This document shows positions 26,061 through 39,487 of a stretch of DNA of 64,000 nt, one piece after another. Position 1 is the stretch's first letter. Each line of letters opens with the position of its first letter. The DNA is taken from positions 64,852,001 through 64,916,000 of the forward strand of contig OX597814.1 in NCBI GenBank assembly GCA_951406725.2, given 5' to 3'. This DNA is from Octopus vulgaris. Taxonomy: Eukaryota. Position numbers and translations under genes: made by a program. The notes below the pieces were generated by a model, which saw only the letters and a program-made list of their open reading frames with translations, did no database searches and was not told the origin of the DNA.

Positions 26061-26689
26061 AATCACATGATTGGACACCACGCATCCATTTCCAAGTAAG
26101 TTTATCTTAATAATTTTGATTCTACTCTACCCTGTACTGTTCTCATTCTTCCTATCTCTAATTCTTTTTTCTCCCCTTCGCCGTTTTCTTTCTCTCTCTC
26201 TCCCTTCTCCTGTACCCTCTTTCGTTGCTCACACGTGACCATCGTCCATCTTACTTTTCCTCGCGTGATCATGTATCTCTTCTTTCAGTCTGTCTTACAA
26301 ATCAGTCGCATTCTTATCGGTCTCCTCTTCTATTTTTTCTCTTGTCAAAGACAATATTTCTCCAGCGTTCGCTACCTTATCACGTCTGACTTAACAGCCC
26401 ACCGTGTTTGTTTTCGTTTGGGTTGTTGTATGTCTCCACTGTCCTGTTTTTGTTACCAACTTTTATTTTGGTTCGCGGGAGCAACTGCCTTTCGAAGCCT
26501 CATATCGCCGTTAATTGCTCGAAATGAGGAGTAGATAGACAGCCGACAACTGATAAAGGGTCGTTCTCTATGTTAGTCGTCTTATTTTCTATTCGTTTTT
26601 CTCGTTGTTCGCATACCCAATTTTGTCTACGTATTTCATGTTGTTTACGTTATTTCACGTCCTGCACCCATGTATGCATATATGCATAT

Positions 26690-26744
<55 letters not shown>

Positions 26745-26746
<2 letters not shown>

Positions 26747-27030
26747 GAAAAGTCGATAGATATAACATGTTAGCTTGGGAGGTAAAGCAGTTGTGGACGC
26801 TGAAAAAGGTGGTAGTAGTACCAATAAATGTCGGAGCCCTGGGAACAGTGACTAAAAGTCTTGTAAAGTACATGGAACAAATAGGGGCTGCAATAAGCGT
26901 GGAGCACTTGCAGAAAAGAGTACTGCTTGTAACCGCTCGAATACTCCGGAAGGTGTTAACTTAGTTCACTGGTAATGAACAGCAGACACCGTAGTACATC
27001 TCCAGCGTTAGAAACTGTGCAAAGGCAATT
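26745..27030 (+). mobile_element. 3' fragment of an R4/Dong-like RLE LINE
   Basis: LAWEVKQLWTLKKVVVVPINVGALG...LQKRVLLVTARILRKVL, ending in (AAT)n. Confidence 0.85.
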
Positions 27031-27091
<61 letters not shown>

Positions 27092-27097
27092 TAATAA

Positions 27098-27603
27098 TGA
27101 TTGGAAGTGTTGTCATGTACATTGTTTTGTTTTGGTATAAAAAATGGGCTACAGCAAATATTCTGCTCAATACCACAGATTTGCTTGTCACTTGTTTGGC
27201 CTTAACCAGTTGACCATGTCCCTTAGTGGCTGACGATATGTGCATCTCCGATCATGAGCAGAAGTGGTGGGGGAGCATCATAGCCGTGGGTTGAAAGGAA
27301 TTCTTAGAGGTTTGGATAAATCACCTTTAGAAATATGGTAGGTTCGTTCAACATCCTTAAACAATCCTTATTCAGGGACCTTTTGAGCGGGATAGGCTAC
27401 TCGACCAGAAGAAAATTCTAACTGGGCCCCATATGCAAGGTCATGCGCTGTTTATCTTGATATGAGATCACCATGTCGCGCACATGTGGTTGTGTTGCAC
27501 GTATCTGGTGTGCCTTTATCAGACGGTTAGTCATGATGGGTATAATGGACTTCGTATATTTTACCCCAGTGTCACTTTGATGGCATGCACTTCTCTCTCA
27601 TTC

Positions 27604-27605
<2 letters not shown>
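27098..27605 (+). mobile_element. ~510-560 bp non-coding (AAT)n-associated repeat
   Basis: Homologous to 27923-28456, 63225-63753, 24690-24950 (partial) and 61248-61366 (3' part); complete 3' ends run ...ctc(a/g)(t/c)tcaataa into (AAT)n. Confidence 0.85.
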
Positions 27606-27637
<32 letters not shown>

Positions 27638-27646
27638 TTAATAATG

Positions 27647-27714
<68 letters not shown>

Positions 27715-27718
<4 letters not shown>

Positions 27719-27920
27719 AAAACACAACAAATAAAACACATATAACATACAGAAAATTGCACTACTAGGCACTGCACACACTCTACGCAGAACACTTTCA
27801 ATACAATAACCATCAGAGCATCACAACAAATCACAGCACATACCCAAGGCACACAGAGCTGCGCTCGGTAGTGAAATGAAAGCACCCTATAAAAATAAAA
27901 CTACTGAATAATAATAATAA
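27715..27920 (+). mobile_element. 3' end of an R4/Dong-like LINE
   Basis: Encodes IQKIALLGTAHTLRRTLSIQ*; the 3' UTR is shared with 30292-30425. Confidence 0.8.
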
Positions 27921-27922
27921 TA

Positions 27923-28456
27923 TGCAATGCCAGGCAGTGGCTCTCGTGGCTGCTGATCTTAACTGATTGGAAGTGTTATCATATACTTGGTATAAAAGAT
28001 GGGCTACAGCAAATATTCTGCTCAATACCATAGGTTTCCTTGTCACTTGTTTGACCTTAACCAGTTGAGCATGTCCCTTAGTGGCTGATATGTGCATCTC
28101 TGATCATGAGCAGAAGTAGTGGGGGCGCATCATAGCCATGTGTTGAGAGGGATTCTCTGGGGTTTTAATAATTCACCTCTGGAAACATGTGTGTTTCGTT
28201 GAACATCCTTAACAACCCTTATTCAGGGACCTTTTGAGCGGGATGGATTACTCGACCAGAAGAAAATTCTAACTGGGTTCCACCTGCAAGGTCATGTGCT
28301 GTTTATCTTGATATGAGATCACCATGTCTGCATATATGGTTGTGATGCATGTGACTAATGTACCCTTATTAGATGGGTTGTCATGATGAGTATACTGGGC
28401 TTCGTGCATTTTACCCTAGTGTCACTTTAATGGCATGCACTGCTCTCTTGCTCAAT
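27923..28456 (+). mobile_element. ~530 bp non-coding (AAT)n-associated repeat
   Basis: Direct homolog of 27098-27605. Confidence 0.85.
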
Positions 28457-28485
28457 AATAAAATAATAATAATAATAATAATAAT

Positions 28486-28532
<47 letters not shown>

Positions 28533-28540
28533 TAATAATA

Positions 28541-30425
28541 AATCTGACATAGAAAGGTTATATGTGCAACGTATAGAAGGGAGTAGAGGCCTTATACGGC
28601 TAGAAAACTATTAACAAATGACCACTATAGGACTACAAAAGTACCTACTTCACAAGCAAGGAAAACTAATACAAATAGCCACAAAACACAAACAAAACAA
28701 AAATACTGTTTTCAGTCTTTAACGAAGCTGACAAATTCAAACATGAAGTCATATTACCTAACAACTATGAACAAAAAGAAGAAACAAATGAAATCCAAAC
28801 TAAAATAAGAAAGGCAATAGATCATGATAAAACGATGGCAAGAAAAGACCCTTCATGGCAAATACTGGATTGAACTAAATGCAAAAGTTATACACAAAGC
28901 AAAATCCCAACAGTGGTTGAGAAGCTCAGGATTAAAATCAGAGACTGAAGGATTTTTAATTGCAGCACAAGATCATCAAAGCCTCCCCTCCAGAAATTAT
29001 CAAAAACATATGATAAAAAGAAACAGAACAACTAACTGCAGAATATGTGGAGATTTACAAGAAACAATAAATCATATTGTTTCTGGCTACCCAATCCTGG
29101 CTAAGGAGGAATATATTCACAGACACGACAGAGATGAGACCCACATACACTGGAAGCTATGCCAACACTATATGGAATAACAATAGAAAAAGATGGTATA
29201 GGCACACGCTAGAAAAGCTCACAGAAAATGAGAAAGCAACAATACTACAGGATATGCCAATACACACACATATAGAGAAATTAAGGCCAATAGGCCAGAT
29301 AGAGTTGTCAGAGATCATCAAGAAAAAAAATGCTTTCTAATTGATGTATCAATACCAGCAGATGACAACATTTCTCTTAAAGAAATGGAGGAACTTTCAA
29401 ACCTGGAAATAGAGGTAACTCGAATGTGGAGTCTAAAAACAATTCCTATCATAGTGGGCGCATTAGGTATGATAAAAAAGGATTCAGATAAATACATAAC
29501 AAAAGCACCAGGGCTAACAAATATATATAGCATACAGAAAATAGCACTACTAGTCACCGGACACACATATATATATAAAACTCAACTTGTGTGTCTGTGT
29601 GTTTAACTTCCCGGCACATCTCCTCCTAGCCAACAAATCGTAGAACCACCAAAAATGGGTCACGAATGAAAATTGAACTGCGCTATTTCTGTTCCGAAAT
29701 TCATCTCGCAAGTCCAAAAATCGATAATGTGTTTGTTTAGGCCTTATCCCATGCATTGAATAGTGAACTTTGCTCAGTCAGCTGTTTGACGTAAACTGTG
29801 TTCACCACGCGTGCAAGCATGCGTAAATTGCATGAAAAATAAAAAATCAAGATATAAAAACGAATCGCCGTAAACATTGTAGAAATTCGGCAAATGAATT
29901 TTCGGGATGTAGCCTGGAGGGTGTTTTCGTATTAATATATATATATATATCATATATATATATATATGTATGTATGTGTATATATATATGTATATATACA
30001 TATATACATATATATATATATGAGAGTATGATAGAAGAAGGCTAACTCTTCCTTCCGTAGAAGAAAAAATTCAAATCGGACCATGTTAACACCAAAAATT
30101 ATTTACGTCAAAAAGGTGCCTTTTTTCTATGAAAATCCCTATTTTTTACGATGTTTTGACTGTTGTGTCACCATTTTTCGGAGTATTTCACTTAAAGAGA
30201 ATAACAAACTACATGCTGCCAAATTTTTACTTTTCAAAAATTCCAATTCTAAAGGGTCTAATCAAACCGCAACGCCGGGCGATACTGCTAGTCCTACCTA
30301 AAACACGTTCAATACAGTAACTATAAGAGCATCACAACAAACTAAAGCACATATCCAAGGCACTCAGAGCTGCGCTCAATAGTGCAGTGAAAGCACGTTA
30401 TAAAACTAAACCTACTGAATAACAA
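28541..30425 (+). mobile_element. 5'-truncated, decayed R4/Dong-like LINE (RT C-terminus, CCHC, RLE endonuclease), interrupted by a Helitron
   Basis: WQEKTLHGKY, LKSETEGFLIAAQD, CRICG..QETINHIVSG, HRHD, IDVSIP, RMWSLKTIPIIVGALG; frameshifts and stops; starts in (AAT)n. Confidence 0.9.
29568..30291 (+). mobile_element. Non-autonomous Helitron-like insertion
   Basis: Sits between A and T of the LINE sequence cacaca|tcctac with no TSD; begins TATATATATAAAACTC and ends gcaacgccgggcgatactgCTAG. Confidence 0.75.
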
Positions 30426-31454
30426 TAACAACAACAACGCCAATAATAAGGAGAAGATGAAGAACAAGGAGGAGGAGGAGGGGAGTAAGGAGAGGGGGGA
30501 GGTGGTAGCATGTAACTACAAACATTATCTGTTTAATGACACGAATGAAAATATGAACTAAGTAAAAAATAAATGGAAATGAAGTGATAAGTAAATGATA
30601 TATTTTATCTTTTATTTATTATTTAGCTTTTTGTTAGTTTTATTTTTGGCAGATCAAGGAGTAGTCACCCTTAACTATTCATGAATGGACAACGAAAACG
30701 AATTATCATCTTTTTTATATGCAATGTCTGAGTTAGTAGCTTTCATACAAGTCATTTGATACTTCGTAAAGAGAAAAAGAAAAGCAACAGAATTAAACAA
30801 AATTACACAAAATTACGAACTAACATAGAACACAGCTACATCGCATACAAACACACACAGACGTAGAAAACTAAACAGTGTGGCTACAATGGAAATCTAA
30901 ACACTTTACCGATCCAGTTTTGCAAAGAGAGCCGTCTTGTTAAACATTCACTATGTTTATCTATTGGTTTCGCTAGTGTTGTTTGCTGGGGTTTGTGTCG
31001 TTTCAAGTGGACAGAACTGTGAACAACGGATAGCGTTGACAGTGAGGTGGTTTTTCCAGATGTTGCTGATTTTCTTGTTATTGTAGTTGAAAGACACTAG
31101 TGGTAGCAAGATAAGGCAATGAGAAAAGTAGTGCTTTACAAAAGCCAGCTAACGCTTTTTTCGGCTCGATCACACATTAAATCAGGTGAAAGACAACGAA
31201 AAAGAGCGTATGTGTGCATATGTGATATTTGTGCGTATACAGAACACGTTTATGTCTGACTATGCGCAAACTCATACATATATGCACATACTCATATCTA
31301 TATATGCATGCATGTATATCCATATGTATGTACATACATATGTGTGCGCTCACATACATGCACACACACACATACACGTATATATATATATCATACTCAT
31401 ACCTTTAATGGGAGATTTTACAGCCCAATTTGAAATAAATTAAGCTTTTCCTTC

Positions 31455-32145
31455 CACTACGTGAGCAGTTCTTTAACGATTTCCTCTAGCCCACTTCTCA
31501 AGGGCTGGAGTAAACGAAACTTGGTATAATTTTTAGTTCTTCTCTCCATAGCCACCACTAATAGTGACACACTTCTTCCATTAATTTATGCAGCTGTGAA
31601 GACCTCGTCTGTAGAAGTCTGTAGGTTGCGTCTGGAGCCAAGACTTTACCTCGGAAATAAGTTCATCATCTGAAAGGTGCTTCCCTTTCAAAACAAGACT
31701 TTATGGTTGGAATGAGGTGGAAGTGGAGTGATGTGAGGTCAGGAGTGTAAGGTAGGATGAGGAAGGATTTCATAGCTGAAAGAGTGTGTTTTCATCTGGG
31801 CAACATGCGCATTGTGAACTGGGGCGTTGTCTTGGAGGAGGCGGACTCCTTTGGTCAGCATACCACGTCACTCTGCGCTGATTACGTCCCGCAATTTTTG
31901 CAGCAGAGAAGCATAATGTGTCCAGTTGCAAGAAAATTCATCATCACTACTCCAAACTGGTCCCAAAAGACTGAGCATTACCTTGCCTGCTGATGATTGG
32001 GTACGAGCCTTCTTTGGAGGTGGTGAATTATCATTCTTCTATTGCTTCGAATGAACTTTAGTCTCAGGATCATAGTGATGGACTCATGTTTCATCCTGTA
32101 TCTACGGAAAAAAGTCCTCCTCGTTTTCTTGACACATTGCCAAAA
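31455..32145 (-). pseudogene. Mariner transposase remnant
   Basis: Minus-strand translation gives LLQDNAPVH, LPHP-YTPDL...FHLIP, and LKGKHLSDDEL. Confidence 0.85.
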
Positions 32146-32747
32146 GAACCCGAGAGCGTGTGTGTATGTGTGTGTGTGTGTGCAAGTTGGCAAATATATA
32201 TGAATGTATATGTGTGATTGAATAATTTATGTATATATTTATTTCTCATGCAGAACGCTCTCTAAGGTACTCAGACTTAGTCAAGATTCACCAACGTAGC
32301 ATTTCACTCGGAGAACGTTTTACTTTTCACCATAACACCGATAAATAACTCTGTCAGCCATATAAATGTGCTAAACATAAAAATAGATCACCCAAAACTG
32401 TTTCTCAGTCATTTTTGTTTACCTACAGACCCTTGTATATACTATTCTATTTTGGTGGAGTTCCATTAACATTCGATGTTCAAAAGTCCTCTTTTGTTGT
32501 TCCCTCGATTGTATAGGTTGAACTATGTAAAATGATGATGAAAGGAACTTAGCTCTTTCTTGCAATGCATACATTTAAATCAAAGTTTTTCATGATCACT
32601 TAGAATATTACAGTAGATACCCAATTTACTATTTTAATAGCGTGACCCCGCTCCACTCCCAAAAACCTGATGTGGACTGCCATGTACCACTAACCGAAAT
32701 ACGTCAATTTCGCATTTTTCCATTTCGATTCATAACCATCTTCAACA

Positions 32748-32852
32748 TTATGTTGAAAGCATCGGTTCTCGTCCGATCACCGAAGTTAAGCAACGTCGAG
32801 CCTAGTTAGTACTTAGATGGGTGACCACTTGGGAAACCTAGGTGGTGTAAGC
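32748..32852 (+). pseudogene. 5S rRNA-derived sequence (5'-truncated/diverged, no oligo-T terminator)
   Basis: gttgaaagcatcggttctcgtccgatcaccgaagttaagcaacgtcgagcctagttagtacttagatgggtgaccacttgggaaacctaggtggtgtaagc; boxes A and C recognisable. Confidence 0.92.
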
Positions 32853-32859
32853 GTCACAA

Positions 32860-32936
32860 TAGGCGCAGGAGTGGGTGTGTGGTAAGTAGCTTGCTTACCA
32901 ACCACAAAGAAGCTTGTATATATGTATGCGTCTATA

Positions 32937-32993
<57 letters not shown>

Positions 32994-33230
32994 ATGTATG
33001 TATGTATTTATGTATGTATGTGTGTGTGTTTGTGTTTGTCCTCCCAACATCTCTTGACAACTGATGGTGGTGTGTTTACGTCCCAGTGACCTAGCGGTTC
33101 GGCAAAAGAGACCGATAGAATAAGTACTAGGCTTACAAAGAATAAGTCCTGGGATCGATTTGCTCGACTAAAGGCGGTGCCCCATGGTGGCTGTAGTACA
33201 ATGAGTGAAACAAGTAAAAGATCAAACATA
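32860..33230 (+). mobile_element. tRNA-SINE family A with an internal deletion
   Basis: Head taggcgcaggagtgggtgtgtggtaagtagcttgc; body gaccgatagaataagtactagg; tail gaaacaagtaaaaga. Confidence 0.85.
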
Positions 33231-33261
33231 AAAGAAGACTTATACGATGGAAATAAATAAA

Positions 33262-33440
33262 TAAAAGGTTTAGAGGTATTTCTTCCGGCTTTACGTTCTG
33301 GGTTCAAACTCTGTTGAAGTTGACTTTGTCTTTCATCCACTCGGGGTCAATAATATAGAACCAGCAGAGCACTAGGGTCGATGAAATCGATTACCACTCC
33401 CCCAAAATTTCACTCTTTCAGTTTATAGCAGATAGGATAA
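33262..33440 (+). mobile_element. SINE family B copy
   Basis: ttacgttctgggttcaaactc...gactttgtctttcatccactcggggtc. Confidence 0.75.
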
Positions 33441-34653
33441 TAGTTTATAAAATTTTAAAACAAGATGCCACCTGAGGGACTAGAAATAACAGCGAAGTCT
33501 TCAAAAGCGAATAGTAAAGATGAAATGATTTCATCCCTCATATAAGAAAGAAATTGATTAATTAGTGTTATCCAAGAGAATGAGATGATTAGGCGCAGTC
33601 GTGTTGACACTGGGGATTTGGTACGGTTGAACAAGTTTTGGCGACAGTACTTTTTAACACAGAAGATAAATAAACATACACACACACACGCACACCCGCA
33701 CGCACACATACACACACACACTCACACGCACACACGAACAAGACCACGCGCGCACCCGCAGAGACATACAAGGAGAGAGACAGAGAGAGACGAGGGAGGA
33801 GAAGACACTACAATTTACGAATTGAAGACAATTGACATAAACCCATACCCCTCTCTTAAGTTCTCTGAAGCTATGTACTCTTGTAGCCATAGATACCATT
33901 CACCATTTAAGCAATTTGATCAATCTGGATGACTGATCATTTAATTCTATAATTAACTACATTCCACCTAACATTTATACTCGCATCTCCCTCACACCTT
34001 CCTCTTAGTGAATAATTACTTGCTTATAATCTACCATATTTTCTAAGTTACTTCACACAATTCTTGCTATATTTCCTCTTCCTGCCAACACATATAACTC
34101 TTTATAAAACCAAACGCCTATTTACTCATTATGACAGTATATGAGATGTGAATCCTTAACTTATATATTCTTCCTGATGAAGGTAAAATTTCGATAGGAA
34201 TATCCCTTATTTGTATAGATTACGGTACCCGTGCAACGGTCGTCGGAGCATCACCACTTAATCCTTGAAATGGACTACCACCATCTAATCATTGGAAACT
34301 TTACCTTCTGGATGCTTAAACATTTCTTTATTCACCTTTTCTCGAGGATTTACACTTTTAGTTTTTAATATTTTTTAAATAGCTTTTTAGCAACGCTCTT
34401 AATCTGTGAGTAAGATGATGTCTTCAATATATACATTTTAAGATGCTAATATATTTTTATTCATCACTATAGTTTTTCTACCCATATATGTCTATAATAT
34501 TTTTATATATTTATGTATCTGTAAATTTTAAACATTTTAAAATATTTTAATGAGTGATACATTAAATATATTTCAATAATTTGCATACACCGGTTTTGTG
34601 GCTGAGCATATGTATTATTATTCTAAATCGCTGAAACTACCTGAATTCTCCTT

Positions 34654-34693
<40 letters not shown>

Positions 34694-34797
34694 GTCTCAG
34701 GTTGTCGTCCTGAGCACTTCACAGCGCTGCCTATATAATAAAAAAAAATAAAACACACGTGCACACATACAAACACACGCACGCACACACACACATA

Positions 34798-34970
34798 CTA
34801 CTTGTTTAAGTTATTTGACTGCAGCCATGCTAGGGCACCCACTTGATAGATTTTCAGTCGAATGAATATTTTAAAGTCTGGTTCTTATTCTATCGGCCTC
34901 TTATGCAGAACCACTAAGTTATAAGGACGTAAACACACCCTCAGCGGTAGTCAAGCGATGGTGGTGGACA

Positions 34971-35053
<83 letters not shown>

Positions 35054-35230
35054 CGTGTGTGTGTGTGTATATATATATATATGTATGTATATACACGATG
35101 GGCTTCTTTCGGTATTCCCCTACGATGCCTTTGGTATAGGAGACACCTACCCAAAGTGCATTGCAGCGGCATTGACCCCGGAAACCACGTGGCTGCAAAG
35201 CAAGCTTCTTACCACGCAGCCGATTGCCAT
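34798..35230 (-). mobile_element. SINE family A copy (others at 36440-36885 and 37975-38110 minus; 39061-39200 and 43815-44060 plus)
   Basis: Homology to 896-1309. Confidence 0.8.
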
Positions 35231-35424
35231 GTCTGAGTAATTGACTGTAAACTGGATTATTAACTGGACAGTTAACTGGATCGTCAAAATAAAGTATAAT
35301 ACTCTATGATGGTACTGAGAACCCTTCGTCCAGTTCATTATAATATACTCATGCTGATGCATATAAAGAGTCACATAACACACATGCGCGTGCGTATGTG
35401 TGTGGAGAAAGATAGATAGATAGT

Positions 35425-35477
<53 letters not shown>

Positions 35478-36648
35478 GAAATTAGTGGTGAAAATGACCA
35501 CCTGTTATCAGATTTATGACAATACTTCCACGTGCACATACATACGGTAATTTTTTGAGGAAAAAAAATACGGACCGGTAAAAGGAAAGGTGACACTATC
35601 TTGTCCGTTTGTATGCACGTCGTGTGGAATATAATGGAAAACAACCCGCTAGCGATGTAAAAAATGTGAAGTCAACATGTATGAAAATAACGATCAAGAA
35701 AATTGAAGAGAAGTGTCGTTTTTGTGTATGAAAGGTGATTTAAATATGACTGCCAAAAGAAATCGGGTACAAAACGGGTGTTGTCAGTTCATCATTTAGC
35801 TACTTATTTGTCGAGGTGTATGGTGGTGGTGTTTGTGATTGTTAGGTTAAGAGTGAGCGAGTATATTATGCGTGTACTTTTAATTAGAATACAAGGACAG
35901 TCTTACGATCGGGAGGAAAAGTAGTAGAAAGAATAGTGTATGAAGATGACAATGATGTTGATGATGATGAGAAGGAAGTGTAGGAATATATCTTTAATTT
36001 TGGCCGGTGACGGTCGTGGGTGAGAAACGGTTTAAAAGATACAGAAACATCAAAGACGTGATCTGACAAGTTATTAGAAACGTTTCGTCCACACAGTGTA
36101 TAAATATTGATCGACTACGAAGCTTGACACCTCCTACTTGAAATATTTTAGAATATAAATTCTGTTTACTTCGTGAGATCCAAATATATATAAAAAAAAA
36201 GCCCAGGGAGAGATTTCAACATCTTAGCCCTGAATCAAAAGCGTCTGATAATTGGTGAAAACAAACCTAGTTTTACATATTATACGAAGTAGCGACGCTG
36301 GTGGTTCCTAACTTGCAAGATCTGCAGACCCTTTGCGGGCTACGGTAATAGTAGTGGACGTCAGTAAGCTGTGTTTGTTATTTTGAAATGCCATATTATA
36401 AAATCTATAATGAGCAAGTTGCTAATAAATATTCAATTCTTTCATCTTTTACTTGTCATTAGACTGCGGCCATGCTTGGTAACCCACTTGAAGCATTTAG
36501 TCAAAGAAATCGACTCCAGTATTTGTTTCTAAATGTGGTACATATTTTCTCGATCTCTTATACCAAACCGCTAGCTTATAGGAAAATAAACAAACCAACA
36601 CTTGTTGTCAAGCGGTAGAGAGGGACAAACACAAGAACACACACACAT

Positions 36649-36713
<65 letters not shown>

Positions 36714-37009
36714 CATATACATATGCACACATATAATCTATGTATACGACAGACTTTCAGCTTCCGTTTACCAAATTCACTCACAAGGTTTTGGTCGGCT
36801 CGGAGCTCTAGTAGAAGAAATTTATGCAAGGTGTCACGCAGTGGGACGGAGTCCGGCGCGATGTGGCTGGGAATCTAACTTCTTTATTTCATTACATTTG
36901 CCATAAAGGCAGTACATAGAGTAAAGTAGCTTTGCGGGCTGGACGAGGACATTAATGAAATGAATGATAATGAAAGAAAGATGATAAGGATGGGAGAAGA
37001 CAAAAAGCG

Positions 37010-37580
37010 CCCGCCGACTTCTGCTTCTCTAAAACATTGTTCTTTAAAACCAAACACAAAACGAGGTATTAAACCTCTTACAACTTTTACAACTTTTCAA
37101 TTTTTGGACTTAACATTCCATTACAAACAACAACATAGTTCTATAATTACATATAATATAAATACAATACACAAAGCCCCTCCTCTCAGACCTGGCTTAC
37201 AGTTCCCTTAGGAATACACCAGCTCTAGGTCGGGGCCCCTCAAGTCGTATCTAAACATGTCCTATCAAACATAAAAAATACGTTATCACTTCTCCCTTCC
37301 TCCTCTTTCCGGACCTCCAGTCAAATATCTAGCCGCCTGCAGAGCAGACCACGTTGACAGCCGGGGAGTTCAGAAAGAAAGCGAAGTGCCTATTATCAAA
37401 TGTTTGTGTCACACAGTGCCACAATTTATGACTCATCCTCAAGATAACTTGTGCCCGCATCCTCTGCCATCCTCCACGCCTCTTCCAAAACCACATCGCG
37501 TTCCGTGTTAGCGTTGCCCGGGTACAAGCGATATTCCTCATTGAGCTCCTCCAGCTTCTTACCACATAGTCAAGCTTATG
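37010..37580 (-). mobile_element. Possible decayed non-LTR (L1/Tx1-like) 3' fragment
   Basis: Higher GC; weak CCHC-like translation (HCVTQ...HFAFFLNSPAVNVV). Confidence 0.3.
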
Positions 37581-39345
37581 TCTGTGAATTCACCCACCGT
37601 GTAGGGTCTCGAGATACGTAATCGGGTCGACGAAAAGAAAATGTAAGAGCGGAGTGAGAGCGATGCTTACATCGGCGACCTCATCCGAACAACTATGAAA
37701 ATTTGTTTGATAATAAAATTGGGTTATAGATTAAGCAGACGTTTGAAAAGACTGGGTGTGTTTGTAGAAAATTTCATTTAAATAAAATGGATGATGGTTT
37801 TCAAACTTTTGGAATCACTATTCTTTGGAGCGGCTTCATTTGCAAGAAATAGTGATCGAAAATGCCTCAACTGATAGCCAAGTTTCTTTAGATATAAAGG
37901 TATACATTGATCATATAGATATGTACTGGTGTATAAATTTATTTTCCCCCCCAAACACCACCAGATAAAAGATCAGCTTCAGTTTAACAAATACACTCAC
38001 AAGGTTTTATTAGGCCCAGGGCTCTAGTAGAAGACATTTGCGCAAGGTGCCACGCAGTAGGACTGAGTTCGGTACGATATAGCTGGGAAGCAACTTCGTA
38101 CCACACAGTCAACACTATATCTAAGAAATCACCGGCTGTGTAGGGTCTCGAGACACGTATCTGAGCCGATGAAGAGAAAATGTAAGAACGACACTTCCAT
38201 GGGCAACGAGGAATTGGGGTCCTTCTGTGTCGTTTTCCCTTCCTCTGTGCTTTTAATACATGTTTTTTCACTTGCAATTCTGCATCTGTTTTCCGTTTGT
38301 ATATTTACTATACATTTTTAAACTTATTATTTAACGGAACGTAATGCACCATTGGTTTTATTTACAGTAAGTTGTTTATATATTCGTGCGATATCTATTT
38401 CTAGCATTTCTTCTTTCTCCTTTTCTCTCTCTCTGTCTCTTCTTTTCTATCTTCTCTCTCTCTCTCTCACGCTCTCTTTCTTATCTGCCCTCTGTGGCTC
38501 CCTCTGCCTGCTTCTGACACTTAATCCGTGTTCAGACTTTTCTTTTTCTCTTTTTGCACCCGCCGTTGAAACAACCGATTGTAAATTCTCTAGTCCCCGC
38601 TTCAACCTGCTTCGCTGTCTGTTGCCCGTCTGTTTATTATCCTTTAGGATTTCCCTATTAGCGTTATCCATACTTCGCTTTCATCTAGCCCTAAGACTAC
38701 ATTTTGTTCATTTATTTCGTTTTTGTCCCACATCCGTCCACCAGTGGTCTGGCCTTGGATAAAATTTATTCACTTTCGTATGTCCACTTCTGTATCGCCT
38801 CTTATCCATACATCACTTGTCTGTTTTCGGTCACACATTCCTAGCAGCTCCTGTCGGTGCCGCCGGATGGAATTCAATATTATCGTTAAAGGCACGAAAT
38901 TGCGTTTGACTCGCTGGCTGACAACTGGAGAAGAACTGGAGACCCTCTGTGTAGTTTTCCGCTCGCCTGTGCATTTACTATGTGTTTTTAAACTTGCTAT
39001 TCTGTGTAATTACTATACGGTGTAATTACTATACGGTTTTAAAAAAACTTATATACATACTTAGCGGTTCGGCAAAAAGAGACCGATAGAATAAGTACTG
39101 GGCTTACAAAAAGAATAAGTCCCAGGGTCGAGTTGCTCGACTAAAGGCGGTGCTCCAGCATGGCCACAGTCAAATGACTGAAACAAGTAAAAGAGAAAGA
39201 GAGAAAGAGATACATACACACATTGGCATATATACATATGTATGTATGTATATATATATATATATATCATATAAGTATATATGTGAATATATATATGTAC
39301 ATATATATACATATGTATATGTATATCTATATATATGTATATGTA

Positions 39346-39487
<142 letters not shown>

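Noticed and set aside
30880-31170. Possible first exon or signal-peptide-like reading in unique DNA
   Set aside because: No ATG in the hydrophobic frame; only a weak minus-strand donor; no recognisable homology.
32748-32852. Functional 5S rRNA gene
   Set aside because: The 5' ~13-17 nt do not match, so helix I cannot form; no terminator; not in a tandem array.
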